Origin: Polyangiales bacterium
GTDB lineage: Bacteria > Myxococcota_A > Polyangia > Polyangiales > Ga0077539
NCBI GenBank assembly: GCA_044229975.1
Contig: JBGARZ010000029.1
Coordinates: 1-64,000, forward strand
DNA length: 64,000 nt
Direction of reading: 5' to 3'
The notes under the pieces are model-generated. The model made no database searches. It saw nothing but the letters and a program-made list of their open reading frames with translations, and was not told where the DNA came from. Made by a program: the position numbers and the translations under genes. Positions 28,948-38,968 of the stretch are shown piece by piece; positions within the stretch are counted from its first letter, which is position 1; every line of letters starts with the position of its first letter.

Positions 28948-29451
28948 TCAATCGCTCCGGGCGCGCGCTTTCGCCGTCGTTCGGGGGCTCGCCGACTCTG
29001 ACGCAGCGACAACAGGTACGACGGCTTCCGGCTGAACGTCACCGCCGACCACTGGCATGGAGCCCGGGGCCGTTTCTGGCTCAGGGATAGAAGGGGTGTT
29101 GGGGGCCGCAGCCGTGGTCCCGGCGGCCTCGTCGCCCTTCGAACGATCTTTTGTGGGGCGTCCACGACGCCGCGGCGGCAGATGTTCGGTGGGCTGGAGT
29201 AGGGCAGCGAGGTCGACCGCAAATCCATCCGCTAAGCGGGCGAGAGTAGTCCCCGTCGGGTTGGTCGCCTCCCCTTCGATCGACTGGAAGAACGCCGTCG
29301 TCATGTCGCAGCGATGGGCTGCCTCCTCCTGGGTCAATCCCGCCGCCTTCCGCAGCGCCCGGACGTTGGCGGACAAGCGCGCGACGAGATCCCGGTAGGT
29401 CTTGCTTCGGTAGTGGTGCGAACGCCGACTTTTCCCCGAGGGTCGCGGCAC
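28948..29451 (-). CDS. XRE-family HTH regulator with AT-hook-like motif
   Basis: NVRALRKAAGLTQEEAA...IEGEATNPTGTTLARLA; RRRGRPTK. Start uncertain. Confidence 0.8.
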   Translation of the reverse strand: MPRPSGKSRRSHHYRSKTYRDLVARLSANVRALRKAAGLTQEEAAHRCDMTTAFFQSIEGEATNPTGTTLARLADGFAVDLAALLQPTEHLPPRRRGRPTKDRSKGDEAAGTTAAAPNTPSIPEPETAPGSMPVVGGDVQPEAVVPVVAASESASPRTTAKARARSD

Positions 29452-29595
29452 CGCCCATGCGTACCGGCCGCCCGCGCTTGATAAAACTCTGCCTGCCGGG
29501 TAATAACGGCGGGCCGGTTTGGGGGTGACTGAGCCGCACGCACGCAGGCACGCCGTCTCTACCCCGGCACGTCGTCGAAACCCGTCCATGGAACC

Positions 29596-30144
29596 TTGAG
29601 TGGAGAAGCAAGAATGATGGTCCGAATGATTGTACGAAACCCGTCACTGCCGACCTCGTCGTCATGGAAGGCCGGGGCGATGGTCGTCACGCTGGCCGTA
29701 TCCTTGGGAGCGTCGCGCCACGATGCGACCGCCCAGACCACGGCGAGCTTTTCGGGCGAGCTTCACGGGCTCGCGGGGAAGTGCCTCGACGTTCGGGGGC
29801 CGAGCACAGCCAACGGCACGCAGGTACAAATCTGGGACTGCGTGAACGTCCCCCAGCAGCGCTGGACGCTCACGCCGCGCGGTGAAGTCCGAGGCCTCGG
29901 TGGCAAGTGTCTCGACGTGCGGGGGCCGAGCACGGAGAACGGTACCCCGGTGCAACTCTGGGACTGCGTGAACGTCCCCCAGCAGCGGTGGACCCTGACG
30001 TCGACGGGGGAACTGCGGGGCCTCGGGGGCAAGTGCCTGGACGTCCGCGGGCCGAGCAGCGCCAACGGCACCCCCGTACAGCTCTGGGACTGCGTCGATG
30101 TCCCCCAGCAACGATGGGTGCTGTCCGGCCGCTCCGGCCGTTGA
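29596..30144 (+). CDS. Secreted ricin-B (beta-trefoil) lectin
   Basis: Three copies of GKCLDVRGPS...QxWDC...QQRW preceded by a hydrophobic leader; start uncertain. Confidence 0.9.
   Translation: MSGEARMMVRMIVRNPSLPTSSSWKAGAMVVTLAVSLGASRHDATAQTTASFSGELHGLAGKCLDVRGPSTANGTQVQIWDCVNVPQQRWTLTPRGEVRGLGGKCLDVRGPSTENGTPVQLWDCVNVPQQRWTLTSTGELRGLGGKCLDVRGPSSANGTPVQLWDCVDVPQQRWVLSGRSGR
29755..30126 (+). repeat. Three tandem 126-bp intragenic repeats
   Basis: The KCLD codons recur at 29779, 29905 and 30031. Confidence 0.9.
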
Positions 30145-30225
30145 TCGGAGCGGCAACCCGCCCGCGATCGCAGCCGTGCCTCGCGTCAGCGTCCGCCGTT
30201 CTCGTCGGCGGCGGCCATCAATCTC

Positions 30226-31050
30226 TCAAGGCACCGGCATGCCAACCAATGCCGCCGGGACCACCGCGACGGAGTCGAGCTGGCGGTGGGCGTACGACAC
30301 CATCGTGAGCACCTCCAGCGCCTGCGATTCGTCCATCGGACGCAGAATCTTCGGCTCGTGTGCGGCCGGGTTTCGGAAGGTGCTGAAGAGGAACTTGAGC
30401 AGGTTCACGAAGCCGGTGTGCTCGCTCTTCTTGCTGTCGGTCGTGCGATCGTTGAGCGCGAGGTGCCCGAGCTTGGCGCTGCTCCCGAAGGCCGCATCGA
30501 CGAGGGCGTGCCCGTCGAGGTGAAGTTTCGTCTTCGAGCGCACATGCTCGGCGACGCTCTTCACGGACTCCAACACCGCGTGGAAGAAGTTGTGCTCCAG
30601 CAGTTCTGCCCGGCAGAAACGAAGCACCTCCGGGTGAACCGACCGGCGTGTCAGTTCGGTCCGCAGGGAGCGGGCGCGTTGTTCTGCCTCGCGGAGAGTT
30701 CCAGCGGGCTTCGCCAAGGCCATCTTGCCATCGTCCCCGAGCTGGTACCCGGCGAAAGCGAGGACGTGGTTGAGCTCGTCGCGCCGACGACCGAACGCTT
30801 CCCGATCCTTGGTAAACTTCGCCGGGGCGGTCGCCTTCTCGACGAACTCGATGACCTTATGGGCTCCCGAGTAACGTCGCTGTCCTTCGGCGAGGATGTC
30901 GCAGACGCGCGTCGGCTTGTTTGACGCTGAGACGTCCGTCAGTCCGCACATCCGTGCGACCTCGCTGATCTCCCGGTGCGAGAGGTGTTCGGCGAGCACG
31001 TCGGCGAGCGGTCGGAGATGCTCGGGCGCGATCGGAGCGAGGATCGTCAT
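30226..31050 (-). CDS. TIGR02391 (Ymh)-family HEPN-like protein
   Basis: HPEVLRFCRAELL..NFFHAVLESVK, DGHALVDAAF, SEHTGFVNL, FRNPAAH. Confidence 0.8.
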   Translation of the reverse strand: MTILAPIAPEHLRPLADVLAEHLSHREISEVARMCGLTDVSASNKPTRVCDILAEGQRRYSGAHKVIEFVEKATAPAKFTKDREAFGRRRDELNHVLAFAGYQLGDDGKMALAKPAGTLREAEQRARSLRTELTRRSVHPEVLRFCRAELLEHNFFHAVLESVKSVAEHVRSKTKLHLDGHALVDAAFGSSAKLGHLALNDRTTDSKKSEHTGFVNLLKFLFSTFRNPAAHEPKILRPMDESQALEVLTMVSYAHRQLDSVAVVPAALVGMPVP

Positions 31051-31209
31051 GACCGTCACCCATATCAACCGTCTGCCAAGCCGGCACAGTTTGTGGTCGA
31101 CCAACGGACCGAGGGAATCCGCGCCGCCTGAGATGCCTTCCTCCAGTGCCTCGCGTTTGTCCGCCCTTCGGCCTGACTTCCGAGAAGCGCCCTCCCCCCG
31201 AGCGCCACC

Positions 31210-31550
31210 GTGCTCACCAGCGGTCGCGGCTCGGGTGACGGCCACGGCTCCCAAGGCGCCTTGATCCACAGCCCCAACCGCCGCTGGCTCTTCGCGGTCA
31301 ACGCGGGGAACAACGATGTCTCGTCGTTCCGCGTGCGAGACGACTCGCTCACGCTCGTGTCGATCATCCCGTCAGGCGGCGTACGCCCGGTCCGCCTCAC
31401 GATGCCCGACAACCTCGTGTACGCCCTCAACACCGACGGGGCGGGCGGCATCTCGGACTTCACGTACGACAACGAGGGCGAGCTCCGCTTCCTGCGCCGA
31501 TCGACGCGCCCACTCAGCGGCGCCGCGGCGGCGGGACCGGCTCCGGGGCC
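31210..31550 (+). pseudogene. Fragment of a lactonase-type beta-propeller
   Basis: GSQGALIHSPNRRWLFAVNAGNNDVSSFRV...SGGVRPV...VYALN; only about two blades remain. Confidence 0.6.
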
Positions 31551-31557
31551 GACGTCG

Positions 31558-32200
31558 TCACCTCAGCGTGCTGACAGCCGCTTCCAGCGCGACCCGCGCG
31601 CGCGCCACGGCCACATCGGCGTCGAGCCGCGCCTGCCGCCCCGCGAGCGTCTCGCGCAGCACGGCGAGCGTCGTGGGCAGGTCGCGCTGCCCCAGCTCGA
31701 AGGCGCGGCGGGCGAGGCGCTCGGTCGCGTCGAGCGAGGCGTCCGCGGCGGCGAGCGCGTCGAGCGAGGCCCGCGCGCCCTGCCAGTTCGCGTAGGCCGC
31801 GCAGGTCAGCCTCGGCGAGCGTGAGGGCCGTACGCTCCTCGGTGCGCCGCGTCGCCACCCGCGCCGTCGCCACCGCCGCCCGCGTCTGGTTGCGCTGGTA
31901 CACCGGCAGCGGCAGCTCGACCCCGCCCTGCGCGAAGTGCTCGTTCTCGCGCCCGCCCTACAACACCAGCCGCGGGACGGGCGTGCCCAGCCGACGCTCC
32001 AATCCGGCGCCCGCTTCTGCCGCCCGGCGCAAGGCCGCGGCGCGGAGCACGTCGGCGCGCGAGGGCAGCGCCGCCAGGAGCGCGGAGAGGGCAGGCGGGT
32101 CGTCCGTCGCGAGGCGCCCGCCCACGACGACGTGCTCCTCGGGGTCGAGCCGCAGGACGACCACCGCGTGCAGTTCCGAACGGCGATCGGAGCGGCGCCG
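31558..32200 (-). pseudogene. 3' remnant of a TolC/CzcC-family outer-membrane efflux gene
   Basis: GVELPLPVYQRNQ...ARRAFELGQRDL...ALEAAV spread over two frames, with an in-frame TAG near 31958 and a frameshift near 31800. Confidence 0.65.
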
Positions 32201-32264
32201 GGCGGGTTGTTCCCGGGCGTATGGGGCAACGCGCGCGGCCGCCGGGCGTTCCTCGCGGGTGGGT

Positions 32265-33314
32265 TGGTGGGCGTCGATCGACGACACCCTCGCTCACCAC
32301 AAGGGCCCTCACATCTTCGGCCTCGGCTGCCACCTCGACGCCGTGCGCTCCAGCCGCAAGACCAAGGTCTTCACCTTCGGTCACGTCTGGGTCGTGCTCG
32401 CCCTCGTCGTCCCGCTCCCCTTCGCCCGACGCGGCTTCGCGCTCCCCATCCTCTTCCGCCTCTACCGCAGCGAGAAGCAGTGCGCCGCCACCGGCGCCAC
32501 CTTCCGCAAGAAGACCGAGCTCGCCCGCGAGATGCTCGATCTCGTGGTCACCTGGCTGGCGCCCGAGGAGGGCGGGCTCGCGCGTCGCGTCCTGCTGGCG
32601 ATCGACAGCGGCTACGCCAACGCCACGGTGCTGCGCGACCTGCCGCGGTCGGTCGAGGTCGTCGGTGCGATGCGCCCGGACGCCGCGCTGGCCACCGTGA
32701 AGGGCATGGCGACGCTGTCGCCCAAGACGCTGGCGGCGGACGAGGCGGTGCCGTGGGAGCGGGTGACCGCGACGCTCTACGGGCGGGAGCAGTCGGTGGA
32801 GTACAAGACCGAGCAGGCGCCGTGGGCGCGGGTGTGCGGGGCGCTGTCGCTGAGGATCGTGGTGGTGCGGTGCGCGGTGGGGGAACTGCCGCTGCGGGTC
32901 TTCTTCGACACGGACGGAGCGCGCGAGGTGCGGTCGCTGCTGGAGAGCTACGCGTTCACGCGCTGGCCCATCGAGGTGACCTTCCGCGACTTGAAGCAGT
33001 GGCTGGGTCTGGCGGAGGCGGGGGTGCGGCGGGAGGCGAGCGTGCTGCGGGTGGTGCCCTTCGTGGGGATGGTGTTCTCGCTGTTGGGGCTGTGGCACCT
33101 GCACAGCCCGGTGGCCTCGCTCACGCTCGCGCGCACCGACCGGCCCTGGTACCGGACCAAGGAGACGGTCGCCTTCGCCGACATCCTCCAGGTCGCGCGA
33201 AAGTGCCTCCGCAGCAGGGACTTTCGCGAACTCGCGACCGGGGCGACGAAACGCCCGTCACCCCAACTCGCGTTCGTGTTTGCGACCCCGCCATCGAGCG
33301 CCACCGCTGCGTGA
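32265..33314 (+). pseudogene. 5'-truncated IS701-like DDE transposase
   Basis: IDDT...IDSGY...RWPIEVTFRDLKQWLG; no plausible N-terminus. Confidence 0.75.
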
Positions 33315-33400
33315 CGTGGACCTCTCGTGACAAGGAGCCAGTCCGCGCAAGGACAACTCCGCCTACTCCGCAAGAGCCAAACCCGAGTCAGATCCGGTTG

Positions 33401-34963
33401 GGGTCTGCCTCTCACGCTGATCGAGGGTTGGGGTCAGCGCGTCGCGGCGGGAGTTGAAAGCGCGGGGACCTCTGTGCCATCGCGGGGTTACCACACCGAC
33501 CGCCAACCCAAAGGCCCCGCGATGCAGATCGTCCTCGACGTGCCCGATGAGTGCAAGCCCCTGGTCGACGAGTTGACGCTCCTGCTGCGCGTCGTGAGCG
33601 CGAAGGTCGAAGAGATCCGCACGGCGCCGCGCGCCGACTACGCCGCCATCGAGCGCGAGCTCGCCGTGCGGACCGCCGCCATCGAGACGCAGTCCCACGG
33701 CGTGCTGCTCCGGGCCGCCGACCTCGACGCCCCGCGCATCCTCGTGGACGGCGAGGTCCATCGACGCGTCGGCCGCCACGCCGCGACCTACTACACTGCC
33801 GCCGGCCCCGTCGTCGTCGAGCGCTCGATCTACCGGCCCACGGACGGCAAGGGCGAGCGCACGGTCGATCCGGTGAGCCTGCGCGTCGGCGTGGTGGGCG
33901 ACGGGTGGCTGCCGCACGCCGCCCGCTTCATGGCCTTCCTGCTCCAGCAGGGCACCGCCCGCGAGGCCGCGGCGACGGCCCGCGAGCTGTGCCGCCTGCC
34001 CTACGGGCACGCCAGCTTCGAGCGCGTCGGGCACGCCGTTGCGACGCGCTTCGAGGAGCACGCCCAGACCACCGAGCAGGCGCTCATCGAGGCCTACTGC
34101 GTACCCGACCCGGCGACCGGGATCGCGGTGTCGCTCGACCGCGTCTGCGTCCCGGTCGAGGAGCCGCGGCCGCGGCCCGCCGGGCGCCCTCGCAAGGACG
34201 CGCCGAAGAAGTCGGTGCAGCGGGTCTTCCGGCAGGCGTACTGCGCGACGGTGACGCTGCACGACGCGGCCGGCGAAGCGCTCCACACGATCCGGTACGG
34301 GCGCATGCCCGCGGGCGACGTGACGGGCCTGTGCGAGGGCGTCTGCGACGACGTGCTGGCCCTGCTCACGGCACGACCGTCGCTCACGGTGACCGCGCTG
34401 TGCGACGGGGCGCACGAGCTGTGGGGCCTGCTCGCCGAGCACCTCGCGGCGGTGGCCGAGCGGGTGGTCGTGTGCGAGCTGATCGACCTGTGGCACCTGC
34501 TGGAGAAGCTCGGGGCCGCGGCGCGCGTGCGCCACGACGCCGCGACCGCTGCGATGACGGTCGAGCGGTGGCGCGTGCGGCTGCTCCACCAGCCCGAGAC
34601 CGCGAAGCGGCTCGCCGCGGAGATCGACGCCTGGAGGCTGGAGCGTCCCGGCGACGACGCCGAGTGTCCGGTGCACGACGCCCTGAGCTTCCTGCGCAAC
34701 CACCACGCGCGCCTGGACTACGCGGGGGCGCGACGCGAAGGACGCCCCGTTGGCAGCGGCGCGGTCGAGGCGACCTGCAAGAGCCTCATCGCTGTGCGCC
34801 TCAAGCGACCGGGCGCGCGGTGGAAGCAGCCCTCCGCCGACCGCATCATCCAGCTCCGCGCGCTCGCCCTCTCCGACCGATGGGGCACCGCCATCGACCT
34901 CACGCTTGAACAACTGCGCCACGAGGTGAAACTCGCGGCGTGATCAGCATGGAAGGCAGACCC
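33401..34963 (+). mobile_element. Complete ISKra4-like IS with 22-bp IRs and an 8-bp target duplication
   Basis: IRL GGGTCTGCCTCTCACGCTGATC (33401-33422) matches IRR 34942-34963 at 19/22; TCCGGTTG flanks both ends (33393-33400 and 34964-34971). Confidence 0.92.
33522..34943 (+). CDS. ISKra4-family transposase
   Basis: SLDRV, CDGA, IDLWH, GSGAVEATCK...RLKRPGARW. Confidence 0.88.
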   Translation: MQIVLDVPDECKPLVDELTLLLRVVSAKVEEIRTAPRADYAAIERELAVRTAAIETQSHGVLLRAADLDAPRILVDGEVHRRVGRHAATYYTAAGPVVVERSIYRPTDGKGERTVDPVSLRVGVVGDGWLPHAARFMAFLLQQGTAREAAATARELCRLPYGHASFERVGHAVATRFEEHAQTTEQALIEAYCVPDPATGIAVSLDRVCVPVEEPRPRPAGRPRKDAPKKSVQRVFRQAYCATVTLHDAAGEALHTIRYGRMPAGDVTGLCEGVCDDVLALLTARPSLTVTALCDGAHELWGLLAEHLAAVAERVVVCELIDLWHLLEKLGAAARVRHDAATAAMTVERWRVRLLHQPETAKRLAAEIDAWRLERPGDDAECPVHDALSFLRNHHARLDYAGARREGRPVGSGAVEATCKSLIAVRLKRPGARWKQPSADRIIQLRALALSDRWGTAIDLTLEQLRHEVKLAA

Positions 34964-35290
34964 TCCGGTTGCCCGACGATGTGCTGGTTGACGCATACCC
35001 GGCGGAGTCCGTCGTGAGGATCTGCTCGGCGTTCGTCGTAGGTCTGCAACAGGTGCAGTTCCAACCCGGGCACTACGGTGTTAGACAGCCCACAGGACTA
35101 TGCATTGCGGGTTGCGGACGAGAAACACTTGGGCCACGTTTGATGGGCGACGAGCGGCAACATTGGGCGGCGGTCGGTGAGGATCGCGACGCAATGACAA
35201 ATTGGACGAAAAACGCGGCGACGAGTAGCGACGGACCCCGGACAGTTATCTCGTGCGGCGTCGTCTGACTGAGCCAGCAATGGATTTGAG

Positions 35291-36178
35291 ATGGTCCGTA
35301 CAAGAAAGAATCTATCTGCAAGCGAAATTGCGAGCAATCGTTGGTTCGCGGAGAGGCAGTGTGTCCCTGTTGGCGCGGATGCGAATCCCTTCTCTCTTCA
35401 TGTTCATGCGCTCTGCGAGTGTCTTGCGCATTTTAGTCAGGGGTATTCCATTGCAATGGAGGATGCCGCGACGGCAGAATCCACCTGCGGGATCTGCGCA
35501 AAACTTCTAATGACCGCTCACGATCACCTGGAAACCGCATTTGCTGCCTGGGCAACCGAGAGGCTTCCTACGGCGGAAGCTATTGCGCGGGTTGCACTCG
35601 AGGCTAGCAGTATCCCTTTGTATATCGTGGCAGATCCTTCGTTGCGTGACACACGAGTCGCGTCCTATCTATGGAGTTACGTGGCGGACACGCGCCGGAA
35701 GTTCGATGAGGTGAAACGAGCCTCAAAGATCGAACGCGAGGGACAGAGGGAGTTGGAGTCAGCCGCACTTGCGCGTCGCACCGCGGGTGAGCATGTCGCT
35801 TCTATTCTTCTCGATTTGTTTGAGAATCTCGGCGTATCGTTGCCTGTTGAGGACTGGCCGAACGTTTGGCATCGATTTCAACGGGCGGGTCTGGGAAGCA
35901 CTTATTTGACGGTTTATGCTGCGCTTTCATCGCAGGTGCACGGCGTGCCCGAAGATCTAGTACATCAGCTTCTTGTTTCTTCGCACCAGGATTATTCGAA
36001 GAAGCAGAAAATTGAAAACGGCACTTTCTCCCTTGAAATGCTCTGCGGCGTCGCCGACATCTGGACACTCGCTGCGCTCTGCGTTGCGAGATCCTACGGA
36101 TTCACGAAAGCGGCGACAGCCATCCGTATGGTCCGGGCTGAGTATGGGCTAAGAGCCACGCTTTCGCCTCCGCGATAG
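35291..36178 (+). CDS. DUF5677-like helical hypothetical protein
   Basis: EAIARVALE and YAALSSQVHG motifs; visibly more AT-rich than the host. Confidence 0.55.
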   Translation: MVRTRKNLSASEIASNRWFAERQCVPVGADANPFSLHVHALCECLAHFSQGYSIAMEDAATAESTCGICAKLLMTAHDHLETAFAAWATERLPTAEAIARVALEASSIPLYIVADPSLRDTRVASYLWSYVADTRRKFDEVKRASKIEREGQRELESAALARRTAGEHVASILLDLFENLGVSLPVEDWPNVWHRFQRAGLGSTYLTVYAALSSQVHGVPEDLVHQLLVSSHQDYSKKQKIENGTFSLEMLCGVADIWTLAALCVARSYGFTKAATAIRMVRAEYGLRATLSPPR

Positions 36179-36352
36179 TATCCAAGGGGACTCTTGAAGC
36201 GCTCGATGTTGCGAAGTGAGGTCTAACAAGCCAATGGCGTCGACCGCCCCATTCGCCGATACCCACCCGTAGCACCTAATACGGCGGCACGTCTTCCAGT
36301 CGTTCGGTAGCCCCTCCAGAACCAGCAAGCAATCCTTGAGTAGGTTGAGAGT

Positions 36353-37616
36353 GATGTTGTCCGCGCAGTATCCAGATTCGTTGGTTGAGCGATTGCGCGA
36401 TGCATGGAAACCGCCGCATCGAAGACCACTTGTAGGAGATCCTGGCGGAGTTGCTTTTTCCGATGTCGTGCTGCGTGACGTTGTCGCTCAGTCGTTCTTC
36501 GCTTCGTTGCGCGCAGAAGAAGGCGTGTATCTTCAACACGGTTTGGTTCTGGTTCCCAACCTCGACGTGCTGAGGGGAATTTTCCCGAGCTGGAGCCTGA
36601 TGGCCTTTGAGGGCGAGGTTGAGTTCACCGCAGGTTCGCTCGCAAAGCTCGCTCCCGCGCTGACCAAGCACAACTACGCCGTAGTGGCGGTAGAGCATGA
36701 TCGAGTCACGATAGTTGGGATCGGCAGGCCCCTAGACGGGAACTGGGTGGTGGGCGAGGACCGGTATCCGCGCATTCGGTGCCTCGGTCCCGGCGACCTC
36801 GTGTTTCTGCGCGGTGAATCGGCCCTGTTTCGGTACCGCGGTGGAGAGGTCTTTACGCCGCAGGACGACTACTTCCGTGCATCGGGTGAGCCAGCCATTA
36901 CGATTGCCGAGATCGCCAGCCGTCTCTTCGAGCATCGGCCTGGCATGATCGATGAGGCGGATCGCCTCGCAGTTCGAAATGGCCTCGCGGAGATGATGGA
37001 TGCTGTTGCGATCGCGGGACACGGGGCGCTTCTCGCGCTGCTTGCGCCCGACGATCCAGAAGAGAGCAGTTTACGCAACGCATGTGACTACAGGATCGCA
37101 CCGATCGACTTCGGAACCGCGCTCGTGAACTCGTACGAGTCCGGGATGGTGATGGCGCAAATCGATCAGGAGATGATGGGACCGGGGCCAGACTACGCTC
37201 CGTATCGAGCGCCGACCAAGGACGAACTCGGAGCCGAAGCGGCATGGAATGAGTCGAAGGCTGAGTGGCAAACGTGGAAGGAGTTTGTCGCTGGTGCGGC
37301 CTCTGTGGACGGTGCGGTGCTGCTTACCACAAACCTCCGCGCGCTTGGTTTTGGGTGCAAGCTCCCAAGGGGTACCGGCGCCCCTCCAGCGGTCAAGGCA
37401 CCGGGGCCTGACGGAACGTGGACTTCGTTCGATCTGACGAAGCGGGGTACGCGTCATGCTGCTGCCGCGCAATTCGCTTCCAAGAAGGGGCGCTTGGCGT
37501 TAATCGTCTCGGCGGATGGTCCGGCGGGATGCTTCTATTACAGCGTGGAACAGTCGGGAATCATCTATCGACCCGTGTCCCTCGGACCTTTCGCTCAGAA
37601 CCGATGGTATCCGTAA
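36353..37616 (+). CDS. Diadenylate cyclase (DisA_N) domain protein with a DACNV-like N-terminal domain
   Basis: FFASLRAEEG near the N-terminus; GHGALL, VDGAVLL, GTRHAAA, VSADG. Confidence 0.8.
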
Positions 37617-37810
37617 ACCCCCCTCCGGAGTGCGGTTACGAGGCAAAGTCGATCGACCTCAATGTTTGTTCTACCGCCGTGTTTTTGCCCTCCGGGGCTC
37701 ACACAAAGTGCGGGGAGCCAGAAAACCGGTGGCGGGCGTGTCATCGTGGTGGGCGAACGCGAGCCGGTGATGTTCGCCACGCATCGCGACGATTGCTTCT
37801 CCGAACGAGT

Positions 37811-37993
37811 TCAGGAGAACTGCTTGCGGAGCCAGCCCCAGAAGGACTTCACGGCCGACTTCACGACCCCCTTCACCATCTCCCCGAACCACTCGGCGAA
37901 CGCTGCCACGGCGTTGCGCTCAAGCTCCTCGCGGCGCTGCCGCTGCCGGGCACGCTCGCGCTCAAATCGCTCGCGCTCGTCGTCACTGCTCAT
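37811..37993 (-). CDS. 60-aa peptide with a charged N-half and an amphipathic C-terminal helix
   Basis: ATG overlaps the GTPase 3' end, with GGAGG upstream. Confidence 0.55.
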   Translation of the reverse strand: MSSDDERERFERERARQRQRREELERNAVAAFAEWFGEMVKGVVKSAVKSFWGWLRKQFS

Positions 37994-38759
37994 CGCGCAC
38001 CTCCGCCAAGTCCTCGAAGTTGATGAAGTTCGCCCGTTCTTGGATGAGCCACGCGCGGCTCCGGTCGCACGCCTGCTCGAGGCCGTAGAGCAACTCGGGG
38101 AGCCGGTACGCCCGTGTCGCGCTGTACCAGACGACGCGGTCCTCGGGCAGCTCCGCGATACGTGAGAGCTTCTCGCGAACGTCCCGGGTCCGCGCGACGA
38201 TCGTCGCCTCCTGTTCGGCATCGGGCATGTTGTACCGGCGCTTCCACGCGCCGGGCTGCGCGAGGTCGACCTGGTTGATCCCGACGACGAGGCGGCGCGG
38301 GTCGAGCGAGCCTGCGGCGACGAGATCTCGCAGGGAACGCTGTACGCCCGCGATCGCGCGCACGTCCGCCTTGAGGATCCACAGAGCGACGTCGCACTCC
38401 GGCAGCACGCGTCGGTACGTGTCGACGTGGGCCTCGTCCCGCTCGAGGTCCTCGCCGAGCCCGGGCATGTCGACCACGCGCAGCGCGCCGTCCTTCACGA
38501 GAAGCTCCGTTTCGATCTGGGTGCAGGAGCGGGTGTGGCTCACCTCCCGGCCGGCGTTGAACAGGGCGTTGATCGTCGAGGACTTGCCCACTCCGGTCTC
38601 GCCGATCACGGCGATCCTTGGGGGATCCCGGCATGTCGCGAGCACCTTGGCGCGCAGGGTGTCGAAGGCCTCCGGCGTGACTCCGGCACGCGCGAACTCG
38701 TCCGGCACGCCGGTGGCCTGCTCCAGCAGGCGAATGAATCGACGAATGGGTTCCAACAT
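37983..38759 (-). CDS. YeeP/YkfA-like (Era/MMR_HSR1-type) GTPase
   Basis: G1 GETGVGKS, G3 DMPG, G4 NQVD; RBS GGAGGAG. Confidence 0.85.
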   Translation of the reverse strand: MLEPIRRFIRLLEQATGVPDEFARAGVTPEAFDTLRAKVLATCRDPPRIAVIGETGVGKSSTINALFNAGREVSHTRSCTQIETELLVKDGALRVVDMPGLGEDLERDEAHVDTYRRVLPECDVALWILKADVRAIAGVQRSLRDLVAAGSLDPRRLVVGINQVDLAQPGAWKRRYNMPDAEQEATIVARTRDVREKLSRIAELPEDRVVWYSATRAYRLPELLYGLEQACDRSRAWLIQERANFINFEDLAEVRDEQ

Positions 38760-38968
38760 GCTTCTCCTCCGAGGGTGGGCGATCGACGGGCGGCCTGCGT
38801 GGCCTCCCGAGACTCGCCGATGGTGTGATTCGCGGGCGTAGGGACACCCGCTCGTGGTGCGAGGTTCGACGGTGCCGGGCCTCGTCCACTCGAAGGACGC
38901 GCGACCCCCTCGTGAGCTGACACGCCTTCGGCCGCATCTTCCTCGGCGCGGTGGTACCGTCGCCACCA

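Noticed and set aside
29755..30126. Periodic repeats as a CRISPR array
   Set aside because: They are in-frame 126-bp coding repeats with no unique spacers, and no cas genes are present.
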